A stretch of DNA of 26,280 nt, taken from contig JBDGSM010000080.1 of the NCBI GenBank assembly GCA_042217545.1, forward strand, positions 1 to 26,280, written 5' to 3'. Each line of letters begins with the position of its first letter. Positions within the stretch are counted from its first letter, which is position 1. This document shows, in pieces, positions 8,427-15,476 of the stretch. The DNA is from Candidatus Nanohalobium sp. Its GTDB lineage: Archaea > Nanohalarchaeota > Nanosalinia > Nanosalinales > Nanosalinaceae. The position numbers and the translations under genes are program-made. The notes under the pieces are model-generated. The model did no database searches and was not told the origin of the DNA. It was given only the letters and a program-made list of their open reading frames with translations.

Positions 8427-8897
8427 ATGACAAAGAATTTTGACGTATTCGCAAAGCGAAAAGGTCAGTCAGCCATCGAGTACCTAATGACCTACGGATG
8501 GATGCTTCTCGTAGTAGCAATCGTAGGAGGAGCAATCTTCGCAACCGTCCAGGGTCAATGTACAGCATCCACATCAGGGTTCTCCACATCAGATGTCCGT
8601 ATCGCGGACTTCGGCCTGACCAACACAGGCCTGGGATTCGAAGTCAGAAATGCAGCAGCAGACCCAATCAGTGTTACAAACGTTTCCATCACTGACGGTT
8701 CTAAGACTGCATTCACAAACAGCAATGTGGACATCCCAGTCGGCTCAAGTAAAACAACCACAGCCGACCAGGGAGCTGGATTCAGCAACGTAGATGGATG
8801 TAATGACTTCGATGTACAGATTACCTACGACGTTCAGGGTGGCATTCAAAACCAGTCCGTCACAGGTTCACTGACCGACAGTATGTCGCTTACCTAA
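8427..8897 (+). CDS. Type IV pilin, probably the major pilin
   Basis: Class III signal peptide KRKG|QSAIEYLMTYGWMLLVV with E at +5, a Cys pair, and its own promoter, SD and terminator. Confidence 0.9.
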   Translation: MTKNFDVFAKRKGQSAIEYLMTYGWMLLVVAIVGGAIFATVQGQCTASTSGFSTSDVRIADFGLTNTGLGFEVRNAAADPISVTNVSITDGSKTAFTNSNVDIPVGSSKTTTADQGAGFSNVDGCNDFDVQITYDVQGGIQNQSVTGSLTDSMSLT

Positions 8898-8911
8898 AAG
8901 CTGACATCACA

Positions 8912-8943
8912 TTTTTCTCTTTTTATCTTATCTTTTTCTTTTT
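8912..8943 (+). terminator. Oligo-T archaeal terminator after the pilin gene
   Basis: TTTTTCTCTCTTTTTATCTTATCTTTTTCTTTTT-type tract immediately after the stop codon. Confidence 0.65.
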
Positions 8944-8990
8944 CCAGATGAAGTGTAAAAATCCGTTCAGGAAAGAGGATCCGTATTTCT

Positions 8991-10223
8991 TCAGTATGTA
9001 AGGCCTGTCATGTTCCACTGGTTTACGTGGTACTGGTCGAGGCGGAACCCTCTGCGGTATTCCCTGTCTCCATAGGCTTGGTCGCCGGTGACTCCGGCTA
9101 CTTTGGAGAGGCTGCCATAGTTTCCTGTCTGGTTGAAGTAAACGTATCCGACGTTGGACCTGTCTAGGTACTGGAGCTGGGGAGGGATCCTGGTCTTGTC
9201 AAGTACTGTCTCAATGCCCTGATTCTCACCTGGCTTCGAGGTAAGGCTGTTTTCCATCCTTTCAAGGATTCCTGGTCCAGGCCTGTTCCCGGATGATCTG
9301 AAGTAGCATCCTGTGTTCATGACCTGTCGAATGTGTGAGTTCCAGACCTGGTCCTGGTAGAGGATGATCATGTCTCCACTGTTTATCTTGTCGTATGTGT
9401 TCTGTGTGATTCCGAAGACGTACTTGGTGTTGTAGCCAGGATCAGTGCTGGATGTGGAGATCACTCCTGCATACCTGCTGGCTGTCGCCGAGTTTGGAGT
9501 GTTCTGTGTGTAAAGTATTTTTGTGCTTTTGTTGTTCGCACCAGGCCTTGCTGCTTCTCCGTATGTAGCTCCTGCGTTGTTGTAGTTTCCTGCGCCAATT
9601 TTCTCTGCCGGTGTGTCGAAGCTGCACGCTTTGTAGTTGTTGATGTATCTTTCACGGGTTCTCAGGAGGATCATGGTGTCCTCGTAGCCGTTCATGTTGA
9701 CCTGCTTGCTGTAGCTCGGTTCATGTTTGAACTCGGCCAGTGTGGTCGGGTCTTCAAGTTTTGTCGAGGCCTTGAGGTTTGAGACAAGGTCCAGGTATCT
9801 GTCCTCGAAGTTGAGCTGTGTGAAGTTAATCTGAAGCCTGTATCTTGACTCTTCCGCAGAGTCGATCACTCTTCTCCTCCAGGATTTCAGCGAGGAGTTT
9901 GCTGTCCCGTTGAGGCTCTGATTCTCGAATTTTCCTTCCAGAGTGCCGTTTTTCAAGGCCTCTTCCGGGTTTTTGAGCGCTTTTCCTTTTGCTACGATGT
10001 AGCCTATGGCGCTGGAGGCTGCTCTCCTGGATGCTATTCCCTGAGCTCTGTCAAGATCTTTCTGTACGTTTTTAAGGTAGTATGAGGCCTCTCCTATTCT
10101 GAAAGGGTTTTTTTCTGATGTGTAGCTTCCGTGGACGGTTGCTGTGAAGGTGAAGAGAAGTATGAGCAGGCTTGTAGCTATTATTGCAAATGTGGTGTAG
10201 ACCATTGCTTTTCTATTTTTCAC
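8991..10223 (-). CDS. Large minor pilin-like surface protein (410 aa)
   Basis: N-terminus MKNRKA|MVYTTFAII plus hydrophobic helix (class III-like); several N-x-S/T sequons; overlaps the adhesin stop codon. Confidence 0.75.
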   Translation of the reverse strand: MKNRKAMVYTTFAIIATSLLILLFTFTATVHGSYTSEKNPFRIGEASYYLKNVQKDLDRAQGIASRRAASSAIGYIVAKGKALKNPEEALKNGTLEGKFENQSLNGTANSSLKSWRRRVIDSAEESRYRLQINFTQLNFEDRYLDLVSNLKASTKLEDPTTLAEFKHEPSYSKQVNMNGYEDTMILLRTRERYINNYKACSFDTPAEKIGAGNYNNAGATYGEAARPGANNKSTKILYTQNTPNSATASRYAGVISTSSTDPGYNTKYVFGITQNTYDKINSGDMIILYQDQVWNSHIRQVMNTGCYFRSSGNRPGPGILERMENSLTSKPGENQGIETVLDKTRIPPQLQYLDRSNVGYVYFNQTGNYGSLSKVAGVTGDQAYGDREYRRGFRLDQYHVNQWNMTGLTY

Positions 10224-13200
10224 TCCAGATCACCAGTTTGACGTTTGCTGGCCCCCAGAGATGTGGCTGGTTGCCGAGTATGTTCTGGCTGTAGTCAAAG
10301 CTGCTTGAGTTGAGGTCTACTATCGGTTTGTTTCCATAGAGGGTTAGCTTGTCTTCAAGCCTGTTTTTTGCGTCTTTCTTGGCCGCGGTTTCGTTGGGGA
10401 AGAAGCCTCCGTATCCCACCGAGCTTGGTGCCTGGAGAGTGTAGTAGAATCTGTTGTCAGGGCTTGCTCCGCTTGGGTTGGAGGGTTTGAGTGCTGTGTC
10501 TATCCTGACCGTGTTGTTTCCGTTGATCAGTTTCTTCTCTGGTATATTGAGGATGAATGGGTCTCCAAGAGATGGATAGTCGTTGCCGTAGTTTGAGAGG
10601 TTGTAGAAGTACTGGAAGTTTCCTGAGTTGTTTATCAATGCTCTGTCTGTCCATTTTATCCCTGAGTAGGATGTGACTCTTGCGGATTTGACTGTTGATC
10701 CATTTGGTACATAGAAGCTTCCCTGTTTTGGCGAACTGACGTTCCCTCCGAACCTGTCGGATGAGAGCTGTAGACCTATCTTTCCGAACTTCAGGTTCTG
10801 TTTATCCGTGTAGTTGAAGGAGAGGTAGGAGTCCTGGTAAAGTCTTCCTTGGGCGTTCTTGTTGGCTGTATTTATCCTCTGGGCTACGAAGCTGGCGTTC
10901 AGGATGCTGTTGCTGATGTTTCTGAAAACCTGCTCCAGTTCGTTGGTGCCTGCAGAGTAAAACTTGCCTCCCCCACACTGAGCCGTCCTGTTCATCAGCT
11001 GGTTATCAGCTCCACTTCCAAAGGCCACGGTGTATACCTTGATGTCGTGGTTCTGGTAGGCTCTGCATGCCGCTTCTATGGTGTGATCATAAGCGTCCAC
11101 AGTTCCATCGTTGTTGTGGTCCGGTACGTTCTGCATCGAGGTCTTCACGTTAGGGGTTCCGTCCGACATCACGATCATCGACTTCTTCCTCTTCTGTGTC
11201 AGGTTGAGCGTGGCATCAAACTCCGCTGCCGACTTATTCACTCTGTATCTAACGTCGATAGAGTCAAGTCTAGGAGTGTTGAACTGATCCTGCGTATCCA
11301 TGGAAACATTGTACCTAAGTTTCTGGGAGTTAGGCACCTGGGAGATACTGTCATACCACTGGTTACCATCTGAGTAGTTTACATTGAAACTTGTCCCTGA
11401 AGGTGTGGAGTTCTGGATCTGGACGTTGCTCCAGTTCGCTTTCATCCCTGCATCGAACTGCTGGGACATGTAGCTGCCATTGCCATAAGCAGGCCTTCCA
11501 ACGTAGACCGAGTAATCCTCAACCTCATTCAGGTTAGGATCTTCACAGGTGGCAGTGTGGTAGCTTCCTTCCTCACCCATCACCCTCATCAATGTACTCC
11601 CTGAAGCAGCGCTCCGAGGAACATGGACCTCTGTCGATACAGTGCAGCCATTTGTACCACAGCTGCCGATTTCATGAGCTGTCTGATCGGCTATACTTCC
11701 GTCTCCATCCCAGTCAAATGCAACAGTAGCGTAATCATTGTTTCCACCTGTGTAAAAGCTGACATCTATAGTGTAATTTCTTCCAGGCACCATAACATCG
11801 GAGATACTATTCGTGGCATCCAGGTAACCGCCGTTGTCACCAGAGTTCCTGTTAATGCCGTTTATACTAACTGAATCCATGTATGTGCTGTAGCGGTATC
11901 TCCAAAACCAGGACCCGGCCCAGGAAGAAGTTGTACCTGAGACGCTGCAGTAGTTTCCTGCGTTCACATCCTGCTTCGTTCCTGTGTAAGAAGTAGTGTC
12001 CAGTTCAAGGCCTCCGCTTCTCTCCCTGGTCCCGCTGAAGCTTCCCTGGTTCCACTCACTGGAACCGTCCTTGGTCCAGTGCCTTGTGTCATAAGGCCTG
12101 TTCTTCAGTTTAACTCCAAGAATATTGTCACCTCTCCTTATCAGGCCTCCATCCGCATCGATCTCACGGTTCCAGTACTTCCCTGCGTGCCTTGAAGTAT
12201 CGTTGTCGATCACTTTACCGTTCAGGTATATCTTCGCGGCGTCATTGGAGAGCACTTTAAGTGAAACATTCTTGTAGATAGGGGATTTCATGTAAAATGT
12301 TTTTCTGAGGTAAACACTTCCATTGGACTTGTTCAGCTTTGTCTGTGAACGTGGAGTCGTTCCTATAATCGCCGACCCATTGTTCCAGGCCTGTGTGTCG
12401 TAGTCTGGCGACGTCCAATTCACTCCATTGTTTTTATCAGGCGTGGAGTTCAGATAATTCGTAGTATACTTCCATTCCGATCCCCTGCTGAAGATATGTT
12501 TGACATATCTGTCGTCGAGGACTTTGATAGCTCTGAGTATTCCGCAGCCTATGCAGGTGTTTCCACCAGCAGTCTGGGAGTTGATCATCTGCTTCAAAGA
12601 TTTATCATTCTTCGTAAGGTTATGGGCATCGACAATATCCTGATTATAGCTGACAAAACCCGCTCTGTTACCTGACGCATTGAGAATTATATCTACAAAT
12701 GTCTTCGAGGCATTCTGGGCCTTATCTATCTTACATGGTGGCCGCTGGAACCATCCGCACCCCATGCTGCCTGAGACGTCGACTACCGATACCGCATCGG
12801 CGATCGCCCCTATTATGACCTTTGTCTTGATGTTGCTGAGGCCTATCCTGAAGGGGACTGTTCTCCTGCTGATCCCTTTGTAGCTCATGTTTTTCTGCTG
12901 GAAATCGTTGAATATTGTCTGGTTGCTTATAGTCTTGGAGACCTCGCCTACCGTCTTGTTCTTGTATATAGTGGAGTTTCCGGCCTTGACGAACAGCGTC
13001 CTGTTCTGGGTGCTGTAGTGGATATGAGCTTTCACCCCTTTCAGGCTTCCAGGTACGTAGAAACTCGAGTAATAGTTTATAATCCCGTCTATACCCGGAA
13101 TGCGCTTTTCTTTACTGAGATACTTCCCGCTCCGAGAGTTCAACTGGTAGTTACGCCTGTAGTTTATCTCCATAAGGCCTCCTCGGATGCTCTTGTTTTC

Positions 13201-14010
13201 CCCCGTGAACTTGAAGCTGATATTGTTGTATCCCGGCCTTAAAGCCTTGCAACGTGACTTGTTGGTCTGGTCGGTGCAGACGTTGAAGACATCGGCGCTA
13301 AGTTTTCCCCCCTCAGGAGTGTAGTTTCCTGCCGGCTGACCGTTGAAGTAGAGTTCGAACGGTCCGGAAAAATCCCCCTCCAGGTTGACTCTGCGGACTT
13401 TCTCCAGGTCGTTCATCGTAACGTTGTAGAATAACTGTCCCTGTCCCACGAATCCTCCGAAGAAGACCGTCCTGGTCTTGTTCTTCGTGACCGAGGAAAG
13501 CAGGGCCCTTGAACGGTAGGCATTGGAACTCCTGTTTATCTTATGGCCCGAGACAAGGCTTGAAGATGATGTAACGATCCTGGGGTTGCCTTTTAGCCTT
13601 GAACTGTTGTAGATCACGTAACTGTCTCCACCCTCGATGAACTTCAGCATGAAGTCATACCTATCAGCTATACGTGAGCTGAAGTATCTCCTGGCCAGCT
13701 CACGGGCCTTACTTCTGTTTCCGTTCGCCCAGAGAAGTGATATGCCGTTCAGCACCGATTTATTCATATCCTGGTCTCCTATAGTAGGCCTTAACGTGTC
13801 TGTAAAGCTTTTGTCGAGGGAGCTTACCTTTTCAACTTCTGCAAGCCTCATGGCATCTCTTGTATTTGTGCTGAGCTGCTGGAAACGTGATGAATCAGTT
13901 CTGAAATCGCTGGAGGATGAGCTTGAAAGCTGGAGGACGAAAACCATTGAAGCCGACATTATCAGCAGTGCCATGACCACATCCATCGAGAAGTAGAATC
14001 CCTTCCTCAT
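10213..14010 (-). CDS. Giant pilin-anchored adhesin with split VWA, jelly-roll and GEVED-like domains (1265 aa)
   Basis: Start moved to ATG 14010 (ATGA overlap, GGAG SD), giving MRKG|FYFSMDVVMALL. MIDAS elements DVSGSM, GGNTC and IVMSDG; DWDGDG...MRV...NEVEDY GEVED signature; many sequons. Confidence 0.85.
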   Translation of the reverse strand: MRKGFYFSMDVVMALLIMSASMVFVLQLSSSSSSDFRTDSSRFQQLSTNTRDAMRLAEVEKVSSLDKSFTDTLRPTIGDQDMNKSVLNGISLLWANGNRSKARELARRYFSSRIADRYDFMLKFIEGGDSYVIYNSSRLKGNPRIVTSSSSLVSGHKINRSSNAYRSRALLSSVTKNKTRTVFFGGFVGQGQLFYNVTMNDLEKVRRVNLEGDFSGPFELYFNGQPAGNYTPEGGKLSADVFNVCTDQTNKSRCKALRPGYNNISFKFTGENKSIRGGLMEINYRRNYQLNSRSGKYLSKEKRIPGIDGIINYYSSFYVPGSLKGVKAHIHYSTQNRTLFVKAGNSTIYKNKTVGEVSKTISNQTIFNDFQQKNMSYKGISRRTVPFRIGLSNIKTKVIIGAIADAVSVVDVSGSMGCGWFQRPPCKIDKAQNASKTFVDIILNASGNRAGFVSYNQDIVDAHNLTKNDKSLKQMINSQTAGGNTCIGCGILRAIKVLDDRYVKHIFSRGSEWKYTTNYLNSTPDKNNGVNWTSPDYDTQAWNNGSAIIGTTPRSQTKLNKSNGSVYLRKTFYMKSPIYKNVSLKVLSNDAAKIYLNGKVIDNDTSRHAGKYWNREIDADGGLIRRGDNILGVKLKNRPYDTRHWTKDGSSEWNQGSFSGTRERSGGLELDTTSYTGTKQDVNAGNYCSVSGTTSSWAGSWFWRYRYSTYMDSVSINGINRNSGDNGGYLDATNSISDVMVPGRNYTIDVSFYTGGNNDYATVAFDWDGDGSIADQTAHEIGSCGTNGCTVSTEVHVPRSAASGSTLMRVMGEEGSYHTATCEDPNLNEVEDYSVYVGRPAYGNGSYMSQQFDAGMKANWSNVQIQNSTPSGTSFNVNYSDGNQWYDSISQVPNSQKLRYNVSMDTQDQFNTPRLDSIDVRYRVNKSAAEFDATLNLTQKRKKSMIVMSDGTPNVKTSMQNVPDHNNDGTVDAYDHTIEAACRAYQNHDIKVYTVAFGSGADNQLMNRTAQCGGGKFYSAGTNELEQVFRNISNSILNASFVAQRINTANKNAQGRLYQDSYLSFNYTDKQNLKFGKIGLQLSSDRFGGNVSSPKQGSFYVPNGSTVKSARVTSYSGIKWTDRALINNSGNFQYFYNLSNYGNDYPSLGDPFILNIPEKKLINGNNTVRIDTALKPSNPSGASPDNRFYYTLQAPSSVGYGGFFPNETAAKKDAKNRLEDKLTLYGNKPIVDLNSSSFDYSQNILGNQPHLWGPANVKLVIWSEK

Positions 14011-14534
14011 CTCCTGTTCCTCCACATCATGTACTGAAGCTTCCCCGAATTTATGTTTTGCTCTCCGACTATCACATCTCTTTCAACCACGACAACCGTC
14101 TCGGGATCGTTTCCCGGGGCCCTGGGATCTTTTCCAAAGCTCAAAGGCCTGCCATCAACCTTTACCGTTCCCGACCTGTTGACGATAGCCAGGTAGAAGT
14201 TCTGGGCCTTGAGCAGCGATCTCTGCCGATCATAGCTCATGTTGCCGAACTCCTGGATCTTCTCCGGCGAGAGAAGGTTATCAGATCTCTGTGAGAAACC
14301 AGGTATAGAGACGTTAACTGATTCGTTTTCCCAGCCTCTCGGATAACCTTCTGTAGTTACAAGAAATGCTGCAGTTCTCTGGGCCTGCGTCTTCATCTTC
14401 TCCGATGTTGAGAACCTCTGATCCGACTGCACAATAGTGTTCCACGGTACAAAGAACGCAGCCACTATAATACTAAAGACAGCGATACTTACAGTAAAAT
14501 CGCTTATGAAGGCCTGTGCCTTTCTCTCTTTCAC
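14007..14534 (-). CDS. Minor pilin-like protein
   Basis: MKERKA|QAFISDFTVSIAVF class III-like signal peptide; LVTTEGYPRGW segment; GTGA overlap with the upstream gene. Confidence 0.8.
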   Translation of the reverse strand: MKERKAQAFISDFTVSIAVFSIIVAAFFVPWNTIVQSDQRFSTSEKMKTQAQRTAAFLVTTEGYPRGWENESVNVSIPGFSQRSDNLLSPEKIQEFGNMSYDRQRSLLKAQNFYLAIVNRSGTVKVDGRPLSFGKDPRAPGNDPETVVVVERDVIVGEQNINSGKLQYMMWRNRR

Positions 14535-14926
14535 TTGATATACACCCCGCTACTGTTATGTAGGACTGTGAAACTTCGTTTGCTGCCCGTGTTAAACTGC
14601 AGGGTCCTGTTCCTGTAAAGCGTATCTCTTGTAACGAAGTTTTCCTGCCATCCAACGTAGACTGTGCGGTTTGCAACTTTGACTGTTATCTTGTCGGCAG
14701 CTATATCGGAAGGGAGTGAGAAAGTCCTAGAATAGCCTTCTCCCTGGACGAGTGCCATTTCTACCTGGAACGCTACGTTTTCAGCGACCTGTCCAGCTAT
14801 CTGCCTGTTCTGTCGTTCGAAGACATTTGACTGCTTCTGTGAGACTGCTCCAAAAAATATAGAAAGTATCGCCATAGAAAGTCCGAAAAGCAGGAAGAAC
14901 TCCATAGAGGTCTGTCCCTTAAGCAT
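14531..14926 (-). CDS. Minor type IV pilin
   Basis: MLKG|QTSMEFFLLF with E at +5; GEGYSRTFSLP; TGATG overlap with the upstream gene. Confidence 0.88.
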   Translation of the reverse strand: MLKGQTSMEFFLLFGLSMAILSIFFGAVSQKQSNVFERQNRQIAGQVAENVAFQVEMALVQGEGYSRTFSLPSDIAADKITVKVANRTVYVGWQENFVTRDTLYRNRTLQFNTGSKRSFTVLHNSSGVYIK

Positions 14927-15363
14927 CAGTTCACCACCGAGATATTAACCTGGCCGTTCCAGGCCACAACGGATACCTTTGAACTTCCGCTGCCATCAGG
15001 AAGGCCTCCAGGAGCAGATATGTTAGTATCGAAAACACGGGAGTAGTTGCTCTTCCCTGAACCTCTTCTCAGCGTATAAACTACTGCTCTATCCTGTATG
15101 ATACGTGCAGCGACCACCCTGTCCGGCAGTTCCATGCGGAAAGTTCTTCTTGACGGCTCTCCCGCCACGCTGACCGTGCTGACTGCTTCATCCAGTCTAT
15201 CAAGTGATTTCTGGATAGATACTGAAGTAGAGGTCTGCTGGATATTCAGAACTGATTTCTGCGCACTCAGGATGAACGGCGTGGAGACAGCAAGAGCTAT
15301 GCCCACGACCATCAGGAACTCCACGGAGGACTGTCCCTTTCCTGAGAAAAAGGCCTTTGTCAC
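14926..15363 (-). CDS. Minor type IV pilin
   Basis: KG|QSSVEFLMVVGIAL. The likely start is GTG 15363 (MTKAFFSGKGQ), 26 nt below a TATTTTAA box (15396-15389), rather than 15423. Confidence 0.85.
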   Translation of the reverse strand: MTKAFFSGKGQSSVEFLMVVGIALAVSTPFILSAQKSVLNIQQTSTSVSIQKSLDRLDEAVSTVSVAGEPSRRTFRMELPDRVVAARIIQDRAVVYTLRRGSGKSNYSRVFDTNISAPGGLPDGSGSSKVSVVAWNGQVNISVVN

Positions 15364-15476
15364 AGTATACAATACGGGAGACGCTGGGTTAAAATACAAC
15401 AGGGAGGAAGAGGCCTCTGCCACCTCTCAATGATAACGTCCTTTTTATATGGCGGGAGGCGGAATGTTCATTTATT

